This document shows positions 26,426 to 36,847 of a stretch of DNA of 64,000 bases, in pieces (the stretch's first letter is position 1; each line of letters starts with the position of its first letter). The notes beneath the pieces were generated by a model. It saw only the letters and a list, made by a program, of their open reading frames with translations. It did not search any database and was not told where the DNA came from. The stretch spans positions 1,352-65,351 of the forward strand of contig JASFQB010000001.1 in assembly GCA_050115675.1 (NCBI GenBank). The letters are read 5' to 3'. This DNA is from Candidatus Woesebacteria bacterium. Its GTDB lineage: Bacteria > Patescibacteriota > Saccharimonadia > Saccharimonadales > EFPC-124. The position numbers and the translations under genes are program-made.

Positions 26426-26905
26426 CTAGATGTAAAAAAGAAAGAACCATCCCAGAGCGGCTACTACAATACCACCGATTAGCCCTAGTAAGATCTCGCT
26501 GATGTCTGTGCTCCTTGGTTTTGCATCACGCTCGTCCTCAATGAATCCACCATTGCTCCTAATCTCAATAATTCGAACATTTGGTGGCAGGAATACTGTT
26601 GGAATTACGCAAGGCCCACGGCGTTCACTATCGTAGACGAGCTTGTCGATTTTAATATGTTTGCCATTCACATATACGCCGTCATGACACTGGCTTATTT
26701 CTGTATCTGTCAAAAAGTAACAAAGCCATTTGCGCCATTTCCTATTTCCCTGGTGAAGGGTAATGTCCACGTGACTCCACTTTTTGTGCATGTTGACATC
26801 GGCATCAGCCACCATCACACAGGGGGCGTTACGAATGCGTATGCCCGGATAGGTAGATTCAATGCTAACCGTAGTGATTTTCCTTGGGCGGTTTTTCTTA
26901 CCCAT
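26426..26905 (-). CDS. Tail-anchored hypothetical protein (C-terminal TM helix)
   Basis: AGAGGTG SD before ATG 26905; C-terminal LLGLIGGIVVAALGWFFLFYI. Confidence 0.5.
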   Translation of the reverse strand: MGKKNRPRKITTVSIESTYPGIRIRNAPCVMVADADVNMHKKWSHVDITLHQGNRKWRKWLCYFLTDTEISQCHDGVYVNGKHIKIDKLVYDSERRGPCVIPTVFLPPNVRIIEIRSNGGFIEDERDAKPRSTDISEILLGLIGGIVVAALGWFFLFYI

Positions 26906-27047
26906 TCTACACCTCTGTTCAAAGTGTCGAGTACAATAACAAATTATATAATACAAGTAGGATTTTTAAAAGGGCTGTTAGCTTGAAATTAATCAAACTT
27001 TGTGGTTAAATAGTCAAAGTCTGCATTCCGTATAATTTGGAGGAAGC

Positions 27048-27803
27048 ATGAAGGCTGGACGGTTGAGCCTGGTGGCTTTGCTGACAGTAATCGCTATTGT
27101 TGCTGGCTGCGGCGGTAAAGATGACACGGCTTCGTCTCAAGGCCCATCGTCAACAGTTGCTGGCTCGGCGATGGCAAGTCCAAGCAATTCGCCCAATCCC
27201 ACTGAGGCCTATAGCGCATCAGAGGTTGTTGAGTCTGTAACGGTTCGCGCGGGTGAGCGCTGGACGGGTGTTACGCCAGCCATGCACAGTGCGCTGAAGG
27301 GCGTGGGGTACGAACTTCTCGACTGCGAGTCGGAAGATATCGTGCGCATCACCATTGACGGCGCTGAGTTTTCTAACCGCGTGGATCGAACAGCGGGCTA
27401 CATCCCGCTTACGTGGCTTGGGTCGCAGGGTGGAGGCAACGCTTATACTGTCTCGGCGGCCACCCCTGTTACGTGTTCGATGAGGCTGGATTTTGTAAAT
27501 CAGTCCAGTGGCGAAGGGCATGTGCTGGTTTATACCACTGGTGATCAGCAGGGTTCTGGAGATTTTACCACCAATGTTTTGTCAGACGGCTACTTTGTTG
27601 TACTGAGTGTCAATTGCAGTATGGACAATGCCAACTTTGTTGTTGGGTATGACGAGCTGGGCACGGATTGGATAAGCTTTACGGCATCAAACGCTGGTGC
27701 TCGCTACTATCAAACGATCGACCCTAGTGATGTCATCACAGGGAGTCATGTCTTGAACGTGCAGGCAAAGGGCTGCTACTGGCGACTTGCGATTATTCAG
27801 TAG
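27048..27803 (+). CDS. Lipoprotein, function unknown, GC-elevated
   Basis: TATAAT and GGAGGA upstream; lipobox IVAGCGG. A terminator hairpin lies at ~27811-27840. Confidence 0.7.
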   Translation: MKAGRLSLVALLTVIAIVAGCGGKDDTASSQGPSSTVAGSAMASPSNSPNPTEAYSASEVVESVTVRAGERWTGVTPAMHSALKGVGYELLDCESEDIVRITIDGAEFSNRVDRTAGYIPLTWLGSQGGGNAYTVSAATPVTCSMRLDFVNQSSGEGHVLVYTTGDQQGSGDFTTNVLSDGYFVVLSVNCSMDNANFVVGYDELGTDWISFTASNAGARYYQTIDPSDVITGSHVLNVQAKGCYWRLAIIQ

Positions 27804-27932
27804 ATTTAGTGTGGGCCGGGTGTAAAAACTCAGCCCACATGCAATACATTTAACTTGATATTATAATAAACAAATCTCGTTCGTTTAAGCAGTAGAAAGG
27901 CCGAACATAAGTTCGGCCTTGAGTAACTCTAT

Positions 27933-28622
27933 CTATTTTTTGTGCATTTTACGCTTTGGCTTTTTTGGGGTTGTCTTTTTGCGTTTTGTGTAAAGTGCAT
28001 ACGCAAGCCAAATAATAATGGCAAACAGGCCAAAATATAGGACTGGCTCGGTGTGTAGCCCAAAAAGCTGAGGTGTGCTAATAAAATTACCAAGTAAAAA
28101 TTGGCCAACTGGAATCAGCAAAAATGCGACTGTAAGAACCAGTAGGGTTTGCACGGCTTTGTCTTCGGTTTTTTCTCCAGTAGTCATGCGCAACTTCTTT
28201 GGAAGTCTGATGTGTTTTTTGTAAAACGGGTAAAAAAGCGGAACTCCAAGTTCGGTAAGAATGTCCGCAAACAGGTGGGAGCCTACCCCTGCAGTAAGCG
28301 CAATGGGTCCAAAAGGCAATCCAGGTTCTTTCCAGATGCTAAAAAAGTGTACTCCCAAATATTGTACCCCTAGCGCAATGGCAAAAACCAAGGCTGTGTA
28401 TGGAATAGAGTGGGTAAAGCGCCTATGTCCTGGCGTTAGCTTATGCCACCATTTTGGCAAAAGCTTACCCAAAATAGAGGAGTGCGTGTCTGCATCTGAC
28501 AGTAGTCCGCCAAAAGCTCCAGTGGCTACCATAAAAATGCGAGTTCCAAAGTGTGCCTCAACCGCTGCTCCAGCAACTGCGCCAGCGGCAGCGCCAAGCA
28601 TCAGATGGTGACGCCCTAACAA
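27933..28622 (-). CDS. YdjM/DUF457-family membrane-bound metal-dependent hydrolase
   Basis: Motifs GHRRFTHS and GSHLFADILT, several TM helices and a Lys-rich tail. Confidence 0.6.
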   Translation of the reverse strand: MLGRHHLMLGAAAGAVAGAAVEAHFGTRIFMVATGAFGGLLSDADTHSSILGKLLPKWWHKLTPGHRRFTHSIPYTALVFAIALGVQYLGVHFFSIWKEPGLPFGPIALTAGVGSHLFADILTELGVPLFYPFYKKHIRLPKKLRMTTGEKTEDKAVQTLLVLTVAFLLIPVGQFLLGNFISTPQLFGLHTEPVLYFGLFAIIIWLAYALYTKRKKTTPKKPKRKMHKK

Positions 28623-28773
28623 TTTACCACACCTGCCTTAAGCTAGACAAAAGTGTCTTATTAATAATGCTTTGTTAGTTTGCTAATGTCAAATTTATGT
28701 TGCAGTATATTGAGCTGTCTGTCATAATATTTTTTGGCAAGGACTCATCTGCTCTTCTTATGTTGGAGGTATT

Positions 28774-29580
28774 GTGATTTCCCCGACCGTATACGAAACT
28801 GTAATTCCGCGCGACGAGTCTGCAAGGCTTAGGGCTGACACTTATGTAAGTGAGGCGCTCGACGAGTTTTCTTTGAGGCTGGCAGGTAATCTGTTTCGTA
28901 GAAATTACTTTATCGACATTGGTTGCGGTGAAAATACTGGTCTAGAACGATTGGTTTGCGGTGCTCGGGCGACCTATGCTGGTTTTGACTGTCGTACAGA
29001 TCTTGAACGACAAACGACGCTAAGTGAGGCAGGTCCGGTTGCGGTCTGCAATGTTAGATATCTACCATCTTCAAGGCAAGTTGACTTTGTTCACGCAAGA
29101 AATGTAATTGCGCATATCGACAAAAGAGTTCGTGCTGGCGTAATTAGCCAACTTCTACAAAGGATTAAGCGAGGTGGACGACTGATTGTTATCGACGAAG
29201 ACTGGTCTTCGGTTCGTGGTAGCGATGCTGTCGTGGGTCTTCGTGACATACTTTTGCAAGAGGCTGTCTTTTTTGATGCCGACTACGGCAGAAACATGCT
29301 TGAAAGAGATGTTAATTCGGCAATTGGTGTAGGTCGCAGCGAATACTTCATGCTCAGGAGGGAGTTCGAGACTAGCTGCGACTATGCTCCATTGCTTGCG
29401 CTAAGGCCAATTATTAAAGCTGGTTTTGCTATGCAGGATGGGCCCGCAAATCAAAAAGAGCAGCTTATTGCCGAGGTGGATAAGCTCTTTGGTGATATTC
29501 GTGCCGAAGCCAGGCGCAAAAGCCCTCCTGGTTATCGCTGGCCAACTGCTGTTGGTGTTGTGGTTCGCATGATGGTTTAG
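28774..29580 (+). CDS. Class I SAM-dependent methyltransferase-like protein
   Basis: GGAGGT SD before the GTG; motif I-like FIDIGCGENTG and the later GGRLIVIDEDW. Confidence 0.55.
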   Translation: MISPTVYETVIPRDESARLRADTYVSEALDEFSLRLAGNLFRRNYFIDIGCGENTGLERLVCGARATYAGFDCRTDLERQTTLSEAGPVAVCNVRYLPSSRQVDFVHARNVIAHIDKRVRAGVISQLLQRIKRGGRLIVIDEDWSSVRGSDAVVGLRDILLQEAVFFDADYGRNMLERDVNSAIGVGRSEYFMLRREFETSCDYAPLLALRPIIKAGFAMQDGPANQKEQLIAEVDKLFGDIRAEARRKSPPGYRWPTAVGVVVRMMV

Positions 29581-29684
29581 TCTGACAGTTGCAGCTTGCT
29601 GGGTAATTCCAGCAAGCTGACTATAAAACACTAGTCAAAAACAGATCAATTTGATAAAATATGACTGTTCAGTATAAAAATTAT

Positions 29685-29761
29685 GGCAGCGTAGCTCAGT
29701 CGGTTAGAGCGTAGGACTCATAAGCCTAAGGTCACTGGTTCAATCCCAGTCGCTGCTACCA
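29685..29761 (+). tRNA. tRNA-Met elongator-type (anticodon CAT), CCA encoded
   Basis: Acceptor GGCAGCG/CGCTGCT (G1-U72), anticodon stem TAGGA/GCCTA region with loop CTCATAA, and T arm ACTGG-TTCAATC-CCAGT. Confidence 0.9.
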
Positions 29762-29798
29762 CGAAAAATCCTCACTTTTTGGTGAGGCTTTTTCGTGG
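29762..29798 (+). terminator. tRNA terminator; the outer stem includes the CCA end (CCACGAAAAA...TTTTTCGTGG), the inner stem is CCTCAC/GTGAGG
   Basis: Nested hairpin followed by a T-run. Confidence 0.75.
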
Positions 29799-29820
29799 CA
29801 AAAGTATTTTTACTAAAAGA

Positions 29821-29895
29821 GTGAACCAGCGATCTTAGGTATAAACTCCAGTGGAAACTTGTGTTTTCCGACCTTACGCCGAGACGGAGTTTATA
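29821..29895. other. Inverted tRNA T-arm-like fragment plus a long hairpin TATAAACTCC...GGAGTTTATA
   Basis: The reverse complement of 29821-29834 is gatcgctggttcac, compared with ggtcgctggttcaa in the tRNA at 18324-18399. A 10-bp stem pairs 29840-29849 with 29886-29895. Confidence 0.5.
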
Positions 29896-29921
29896 AGGAG
29901 GGCAGGGGTGGGATAGGCCTT

Positions 29922-30473
29922 CTACTTTTTAAGCTTATACACCACAGCGTTTTCCATTCGAGGTTCTGTATAAAGTTTAAGCGGCTTGTTATTTTTTACT
30001 ACAGTTTGTAACATTCGGCCGATGCCATTGTGGCACACGAGTAAAATGTTATCTTGTGGCTGTTTGCTGATGAAGTTTAAAACGTTTTTTGCACGTGCGT
30101 AAAAGTCTTTAATTGGCTCAAGGCCTTTGGCTTTTTCCACATCCTCAAAGTTGCCGTCGTACTGCTTGTTTATTAATTGTCCATAGCTAGCTCCCTCCAT
30201 CTCGCCAAGGTTACGTTCGCGTAAATTAGATAAGGTAGAAATTTTGCCTGGGTTAATATTTGCATTTTTTGCAATAATTTGTGCCGTTTCTTGCGCGCGA
30301 CTAAGGGGTGAGCAGTAAATTGCATCTATTTTAAAATGCTTTTTTATGGTTCTGCCGGCAATTTTTGCTTGTTCGCGGCCAAGGTCAGAGAGAGGGGAGT
30401 CGATTGACCCAACTACCTTGTGCGAAGAGTTGGCAATGCTTTGAGCGTGGCGAATGATGTATAAATGTTTCAT
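29922..30473 (-). CDS. Histidine phosphatase family protein (phosphoglycerate-mutase-like)
   Basis: N-terminal LYIIRHAQS (RHG motif) and a second His region, CHNG. Confidence 0.8.
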   Translation of the reverse strand: MKHLYIIRHAQSIANSSHKVVGSIDSPLSDLGREQAKIAGRTIKKHFKIDAIYCSPLSRAQETAQIIAKNANINPGKISTLSNLRERNLGEMEGASYGQLINKQYDGNFEDVEKAKGLEPIKDFYARAKNVLNFISKQPQDNILLVCHNGIGRMLQTVVKNNKPLKLYTEPRMENAVVYKLKK

Positions 30474-30513
30474 AATGTAGTAAAATTAGTTAGCTATACC
30501 CAGTATAACAGAG

Positions 30514-31458
30514 TTGAAGGCTCAATATATTATTAAGATATTACGACTACCAGATATAAAACCGGGACGATATATTGTTGCAGTGTCGGGTGGAGTGGAC
30601 TCGATGGTGCTATTAGATTTGTTGCAAAAAACGCCAGGCATTGAAATAATTGTGGCTCATTTTGATCATGGAATCCGCGAAGAATCGCAACAAGATCGCA
30701 AATTCGTACAAAATTACGCAATGTCGCACAATCTTTTTTTTGTTTACAAGTGCGTGGTACTGGGGTCTGGTGCCAGTGAGGAATCAGCCAGAAAAGCAAG
30801 ATACGGCTTTTTGCGACACTCTTGCAAAAAATACAACGCTTTGGCAATTATTATGGCTCATCATCAAGATGATTTGCTAGAAACCGCCGTTATCAATCTA
30901 TTAAGAGGCACTGGGCGCAACGGTTTAACGTCACTTCGTAGTCACAAACAGCTGTTAAGGCCAATGTTGGAATTTTCTAAGATTCAAATTATAAACTATG
31001 CGAAAGAGAGAGGTTTGCTTTGGAGAGAAGATAAAACAAATAGCGACACAAAATATTTAAGAAATTACATTCGCCAAAAAATTTTAAAAAACATTGACGA
31101 ACCAACTAGAAAAAAATTACAATTAATCATTGTGCGACATTTCGCACTAAATCAACAAATTGATACTGAGCTTAATAATCTACAAAAAAAATTTTGTACC
31201 ATTAATTTGGTAAAAAATTTTGCACTACTCCCCCGCTATCTTTTGGTCATGTTACCGACAGATGTTTCGTATGAGTTGCTGCAAAAAACACTTAAAGATT
31301 TAACAGGGAATACTGTTGTAAGAAATGTTGCAAATCAGGCGCTGCTTTTTGCAAAAACAGCAAAAAATGACAAAAAGTTTGAACTAGGCAGCTTTTGGCA
31401 GCTGCGTGTTTTGGATGCGCAGATAATTGTAGAGCCCAAGGTCAACATGATAAGCTAA
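30514..31458 (+). CDS. tilS: tRNA(Ile)-lysidine synthetase
   Basis: PP-loop VAVSGGVDSMVLL, in the conserved tilS-ftsH arrangement. Confidence 0.85.
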   Translation: MKAQYIIKILRLPDIKPGRYIVAVSGGVDSMVLLDLLQKTPGIEIIVAHFDHGIREESQQDRKFVQNYAMSHNLFFVYKCVVLGSGASEESARKARYGFLRHSCKKYNALAIIMAHHQDDLLETAVINLLRGTGRNGLTSLRSHKQLLRPMLEFSKIQIINYAKERGLLWREDKTNSDTKYLRNYIRQKILKNIDEPTRKKLQLIIVRHFALNQQIDTELNNLQKKFCTINLVKNFALLPRYLLVMLPTDVSYELLQKTLKDLTGNTVVRNVANQALLFAKTAKNDKKFELGSFWQLRVLDAQIIVEPKVNMIS

Positions 31459-31500
31459 AGTGGTACACATATCTCAGTTTAAATAGCGAGGAAGATTAAC

Positions 31501-33348
31501 TTGAAACCGAAAAAACCAAATAATAAATTCATTCGCACAACCGTCTTTTGGGCAATTATTGTTACATTTGTGCTTGTTGTGTGGGCTGTTTATACACCAC
31601 AGAACAAACTGACTGATGTCGCCTTCTCTGACGTTATAAATCGTGCAAACAGCGGTCAAATTTCAAAGATCCAAATTCAGGGAGATGAACTAACGATCAC
31701 GCCTGAAGGTGAAGAATCAGCTACCGAAAAATCGTATAAGGAAGCTGGCAGTAGTATCTACGAGCAAGGTCTAGAAAAAGACGCGCAAGTTCAGGTGGAC
31801 GTTAAGCAGCCATCTGATAATGGCGCGCTAATATGGAACATTGCAAGTATATTTTTGCCTATCTTGCTGTTTGGTGCCTTCTTCTTCTTTATGTTTCGTC
31901 AGGCGCAAGGTCAAAGCAATCAAGCAATGGGCTTTGGTAAATCTAAGGCGCGCTTGTATGGAAGTGATAAAGAGAAGGTTGTATTTAAGGATGTTGCTGG
32001 CAATAACGAAGCTAAAGAAGATTTAGTAGAAGTTGTAGACTTTTTAAAGCATCCAAAAAAGTTTAAAGACGTTGGTGCTCGTATTCCAAAAGGCGTTTTG
32101 CTGGTAGGCCCTCCGGGGACAGGTAAAACTATGCTTGCGCGCGCGGTTGCAGGCGAGGCGGGCGTGCCATTCTTTAGTATTTCGGGTTCTGAATTTGTCG
32201 AGATGTTTGTAGGCGTTGGCGCTAGTCGCGTGCGCGATTTGTTTGCCAAGGCTAAAAAGAACGCTCCATGCATTATCTTTATTGATGAGATTGACGCTGT
32301 AGGTCGCAAGCGAGGCAGCGGAATGGGCGGTGGCCACGACGAGCGAGAGCAGACACTTAACCAGATTTTGGTAGAGATGGACGGTTTTGAGACAGACACA
32401 AATGTTATTGTTTTGGCTGCCACAAACCGATCTGATGTGCTTGATCCAGCCTTATTGAGGCCAGGACGCTTTGATCGCAGAGTTAATATTGCATTGCCAG
32501 AGCGCAAAGATCGTGAAGCGATTTTAAAGGTGCATTTTGCTAAAAAACCAACAGATGACACAGTTGATATTGATGCGTTGGCCGCTAAGAGCGCAGGCTC
32601 GTCTGGTGCGGATTTGGCAAACATTACCAACGAAGCGGCAATTATTGCGGCTCGCCATAATCGCAAGCAGATCAACAACAAAGACGTTACGAATGCATTC
32701 GAAAAAGTAGCAATTGGCCCAGAGCGAAAAACTCACGTAATGACAGAGCACGAGAAAGAGCTGACTGCATATCATGAAGCTGGTCACGCACTTGTTGGTC
32801 ATGTTCTCCCCCACTCTGATCCAGTTCACAAAGTTACCATTATTTCGCGCGGTAATACTGGTGGTGTAACTTGGTTTTTGCCAGGCGAAGATCGATCATA
32901 CACATCTATTTTGGAATTTAAAGATGTTTTGGCTCGAGCACTTGGCGGTCGTATTGCCGAAAAAGTCATTTATGGTCCCGAAAATGTTACAACAGGTGCG
33001 GGTAGTGATTTGCGAAAAGCCACAGAGATTGCCCGCGACATGGTTATAGAACAAGGAATGGGTACAAATCTTCGCGACCAAGTGTTTCATGAGGATGCAG
33101 GTGGCATGATGCTTGACCGAATGGTCAAAGAGCGTCCATATTCTGAAGAAACAGCTAAAGAGATTGACAAAGAAGTTCAAGGCATAATTAATGAGGCCGC
33201 AAATCGTGCAGAAGCTGTGATCGATGCCAATCAAGATGCCCTTAAGCGTTTGGCAAAAGCCTTGCTAGAAAAAGAGACACTTGAGGCAGACGAAGTTGCA
33301 AAGGTTCTTGATGGCACTAAGATGCCAAAAGAGGCAAGACTGGCTTAA
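31501..33348 (+). CDS. ftsH: ATP-dependent zinc metalloprotease FtsH
   Basis: Two N-terminal TM helices, AAA+ Walker A GPPGTGKT, Walker [12 protein letters not shown], and protease motif HEAGHAL. Confidence 0.97.
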   Translation: MKPKKPNNKFIRTTVFWAIIVTFVLVVWAVYTPQNKLTDVAFSDVINRANSGQISKIQIQGDELTITPEGEESATEKSYKEAGSSIYEQGLEKDAQVQVDVKQPSDNGALIWNIASIFLPILLFGAFFFFMFRQAQGQSNQAMGFGKSKARLYGSDKEKVVFKDVAGNNEAKEDLVEVVDFLKHPKKFKDVGARIPKGVLLVGPPGTGKTMLARAVAGEAGVPFFSISGSEFVEMFVGVGASRVRDLFAKAKKNAPCIIFIDEIDAVGRKRGSGMGGGHDEREQTLNQILVEMDGFETDTNVIVLAATNRSDVLDPALLRPGRFDRRVNIALPERKDREAILKVHFAKKPTDDTVDIDALAAKSAGSSGADLANITNEAAIIAARHNRKQINNKDVTNAFEKVAIGPERKTHVMTEHEKELTAYHEAGHALVGHVLPHSDPVHKVTIISRGNTGGVTWFLPGEDRSYTSILEFKDVLARALGGRIAEKVIYGPENVTTGAGSDLRKATEIARDMVIEQGMGTNLRDQVFHEDAGGMMLDRMVKERPYSEETAKEIDKEVQGIINEAANRAEAVIDANQDALKRLAKALLEKETLEADEVAKVLDGTKMPKEARLA

Positions 33349-33432
33349 ACTGGCCAGATGTGTGTAGCATTTTGCATCTGTATTAGGCTATAATTAACCT
33401 AAACATCAAGTAATTCTTTGCGCAGTATATAA

Positions 33433-35055
33433 ATGAAAAATCTTTTAAGTAAAGCTAACGGTCGCCTAAGCGTTTCGTCTGCGGCGGCATTGCTAGCAGG
33501 GTCCTCGTTGCTGTCGACCCTGCTGGGGCTTTATAGAGAACGTTTGCTGGTTGGAAACTACTACGACACGTATCCAACGGCGATCGACGCCTATAAGGTT
33601 GCGTTTACTGTGCCTGATTTTATGTTTTTTGTGTTGGTTTCTGGCGCGCTAAGCGTAACCTTTATACCTGTACTAAACGAGCGTCTGTCAAAGGGTAATA
33701 AAAAATCTGCTTGGGAACTTTCCTCTAGCTTGCTTAATTTAATGGCCGTTGCAACAATGATTGTCAGTGTTTTAATAATGATCTTTGCAGGGCCATTAAT
33801 TAGGTATTTGGTTGCTCCGGGTTTAGATGAAGTTACAAGCTCTTTGGCTGTTTCTATGATGAGAGTTATAGCCATCAACCCTTTGCTGTTTGCTATTTCT
33901 AGTGTTTTATCTAGCATGCAACAGGCGGTCGGCAAGTTTTTCTTTTTTGCACTTGCTCCTTCAATGTACAGCGTGGGAATTATTTTTGGTGCAGTAGTGC
34001 TAGTTGACGGTATAAATGTGTTTGGTTTCCAGCTTTTTGAAGGTGGCATTATGGGCGTTGCATTGGGCGTGGTCTTGGGTTCAATCGCGCAGCTGATAGT
34101 TAGTAGTTTGGGTATGCGAGGTTTAGATTTTAGGTATCAGTTTAAAATATTTTGGCGCAATCTTGGTTTTAGAAAAGTTTTAAGCATGCTGCCAGCACGG
34201 TCGATCGACCAAGGCATGGATTACTTTAACTATTTGGTAGAAATTAACTTGGCATCTCGTTTGCGTGAGGGTATGATTACGGCTTATCAAGTTGCTACAC
34301 AGCTTCATATGGTGCCCATTACGCTTATCGGGGTTGCAATATCCACGGCCGCGTTTCCAAAAATGACAGAGCGCATAGCTCAAGGTCAGTCAGATTTGTT
34401 TAAACAAGAGCTTCAGACTGTTTTGCGAGTAATTATTTGGCTTGCGCTGCCAACGGCGGTTGTGGCGTTTTTGGGGCGGGGCTACTTAGTGAGCTTTGTT
34501 AAGTATGGAGGCGATCCGCTAATGGCTGATATTTTAGGCTTGTTGGCGATTGCAATACTTTTTAGATCAATTTATCACATTGCATCGCGCAGTTTTTATG
34601 CTCAGCAAGATACAAAAACACCATTGTATATTTCTATCGCGGCGATTGCTTTAAATATTGCAATAGCCATTTGGTTTGTAACTAAGCTTGATTTTGGTGT
34701 ACTAGGACTGGCTGCCGCGCAGTCTATCGTGTCTTTTGTAGAGGTTGTTATTTTGTTCTTTATTATGTCTTCGCGCATAAAAGGCTTGTTTGATGCTGAT
34801 TTTGTTCAGGCTGTGCTTAAAATGATATCAGCGTCAGGCTTGATGTTTGTTGTAACATATGTCATGGTAAAGATGTTCGACTTAACTGCAGATGCTACTG
34901 GTTTTTTTGCGCTAATACCAAAATTTGCGCTAATCGTGGTGGTTGGCTTGGGGTCGTATTTGATCATAAGTAAGATATTCCGCCTTAAAGAAACCAAGCC
35001 GGTTATGGATTTGCTAAAGCGAACTCTTTTTCGTAGGTATAAAGTACTAGGATAA
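33433..35055 (+). CDS. murJ: Lipid II flippase MurJ (MviN family)
   Basis: 540 aa with about 14 TM helices and an MviN-like N-terminus (LLSTLLGLYRERLL...AF.VPDF). Confidence 0.8.
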   Translation: MKNLLSKANGRLSVSSAAALLAGSSLLSTLLGLYRERLLVGNYYDTYPTAIDAYKVAFTVPDFMFFVLVSGALSVTFIPVLNERLSKGNKKSAWELSSSLLNLMAVATMIVSVLIMIFAGPLIRYLVAPGLDEVTSSLAVSMMRVIAINPLLFAISSVLSSMQQAVGKFFFFALAPSMYSVGIIFGAVVLVDGINVFGFQLFEGGIMGVALGVVLGSIAQLIVSSLGMRGLDFRYQFKIFWRNLGFRKVLSMLPARSIDQGMDYFNYLVEINLASRLREGMITAYQVATQLHMVPITLIGVAISTAAFPKMTERIAQGQSDLFKQELQTVLRVIIWLALPTAVVAFLGRGYLVSFVKYGGDPLMADILGLLAIAILFRSIYHIASRSFYAQQDTKTPLYISIAAIALNIAIAIWFVTKLDFGVLGLAAAQSIVSFVEVVILFFIMSSRIKGLFDADFVQAVLKMISASGLMFVVTYVMVKMFDLTADATGFFALIPKFALIVVVGLGSYLIISKIFRLKETKPVMDLLKRTLFRRYKVLG

Positions 35056-35059
35056 TTCT

Positions 35060-36847
35060 GTGTCTGACCAAGAACATATTAGAAATTTTTGCATAATTGC
35101 GCACATAGATCACGGTAAGTCTACTTTAGCTGACCGTCTATTAGAAATAACTGGCACGGTTTCTAAAAGAGACATGAAAGAGCAGTTGCTAGACCGAATG
35201 GACTTAGAGCGCGAAAAAGGCATAACAATTAAATTACAGCCTGTTAAAATGGAGTGGCAAGGTCACCAACTTAATTTAATTGATACGCCAGGCCATGTTG
35301 ACTTTAGTTACGAAGTGTCACGTAGCTTAGAGGCCTGCGAGACTGCCTTGCTGGTTGTGGACGCTGCTCAGGGCATACAGGCTCAAACACTGGCCAACGT
35401 TTATTTGGCACTTGCAGCTGATTTAACAATTATTCCAGTTTTAAACAAAATTGACTTGCCTGCTGCGGATGTTGAACGTGTAAGTCAGGAAGTTATTAGT
35501 TTGCTTGGTTGTAAAAAAGAAGAAATTATTGAAGTTTCTGCTAAAACTGGCCTAAATGTAGAGCAAGTTTTGCAGCGAATTATATCTGTTGGTCGGCCAC
35601 CAATAGGCGAGCAAGATAGTTCGTGTCGTGCGCTGGTGTTTGATTCGGTTTACGATGATTATCGCGGCGTTATTTTGTACGTGCGAATAGTAGATGGCCA
35701 GCTGCACAAAAGCGCTCAAATTAGTATGATGGCGGCCAAGTCAGAAGGAATTGCACTCGAGGTTGGAATCTTAAACCCTGTCATGAAACCAACAGAAACT
35801 TTGCAAACAGGTGAAATTGGCTACATAGTAACTAATTTTAAATCTGTCTCTCAGGCGCGCGTGGGCGATACGGTTACTCTTGCAAATAAGCCTGCCAGTC
35901 AAGCTCTGCCCGGATATCAAGAGGTTAAGCCTTTTGTCTATGCGGGAATATTTCCAAGTTCAAACGAAGATTATCCAGCACTTAAAGACGCGCTAGAAAA
36001 GCTATCTTTAAACGACGCGGCGTTGCAATACACGCCAGAAAACAGCCAGGTATTGGGCTTTGGTTTTAGGGTGGGCTTTTTGGGGCTGCTACACATGGAC
36101 ATTGTTAAAGAGCGTCTAGAGCGAGGGTACAATTTAGAATTAATTATCACTAACCCATCCACGAATTACGAAGTTAAGTTAATTAATGGCGAAGTCATAA
36201 CTATTCAAAATGCTGCCGATTTGCCAGATGTTACAAAAATTGTAGAAATTCGCGAACCATGGATCAAGGGCGAAGTGGTTTGCCCCAAAGATTATGTTGG
36301 CGGTGTAATACAGCTAATTGTGCAGCAGCGAGGAGTGCATAAAACGATAGAATATGTTGACGAGCAACTTACGTTAATCCATTTTGAAGCGCCACTAGCA
36401 AACATGCTTACAGATTTTTACGACCAGCTAAAAAGCTTAACAAGTGGCTATGGGTCATTTAATTACGACATCGCGCGCTACCAGTCGGAAGATTTGGTGC
36501 GATTGGATTTTTTGGTTGCGGGTGAGCGTATTGACAGTTTGGGAATTATGGTTCACAGATCAGAATCTATGCGCATTGGTCGTGAAATGGTAGCAAAATT
36601 AAAGCAAGTTATTCCAAAACAATTATTTGTTGTTTCTTTGCAAGCGGCAATTGGCAATAAAATTATTGCACGCGAAGACATACAGGCTTTAAAAAAGAAT
36701 GTAACTGGTCACTTGTATGGCGGCGACGTATCTCGCAAAAAGAAGCTTTGGGCAAAGCAAAAAGCCGGAAAAGCGCGCATGAAACGTTTTGGCAAGGTGG
36801 ATATCCCTGCCGAAACGTTTGCTATGCTGTTACATAAAGACTCTTAA
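35060..36847 (+). CDS. lepA: Elongation factor 4 (LepA)
   Basis: GTPase motifs AHIDHGKST, DTPGHVDF and NKID, plus a LepA C-terminal domain. Confidence 0.95.
   Translation: MSDQEHIRNFCIIAHIDHGKSTLADRLLEITGTVSKRDMKEQLLDRMDLEREKGITIKLQPVKMEWQGHQLNLIDTPGHVDFSYEVSRSLEACETALLVVDAAQGIQAQTLANVYLALAADLTIIPVLNKIDLPAADVERVSQEVISLLGCKKEEIIEVSAKTGLNVEQVLQRIISVGRPPIGEQDSSCRALVFDSVYDDYRGVILYVRIVDGQLHKSAQISMMAAKSEGIALEVGILNPVMKPTETLQTGEIGYIVTNFKSVSQARVGDTVTLANKPASQALPGYQEVKPFVYAGIFPSSNEDYPALKDALEKLSLNDAALQYTPENSQVLGFGFRVGFLGLLHMDIVKERLERGYNLELIITNPSTNYEVKLINGEVITIQNAADLPDVTKIVEIREPWIKGEVVCPKDYVGGVIQLIVQQRGVHKTIEYVDEQLTLIHFEAPLANMLTDFYDQLKSLTSGYGSFNYDIARYQSEDLVRLDFLVAGERIDSLGIMVHRSESMRIGREMVAKLKQVIPKQLFVVSLQAAIGNKIIAREDIQALKKNVTGHLYGGDVSRKKKLWAKQKAGKARMKRFGKVDIPAETFAMLLHKDS

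Noticed and set aside
31920-32681. 253-aa minus-strand ORF inside ftsH
   Set aside because: It lies antisense to an unambiguous FtsH AAA+ domain. The sequence is low-complexity (Ser/Pro/Ala-rich), with no start context.
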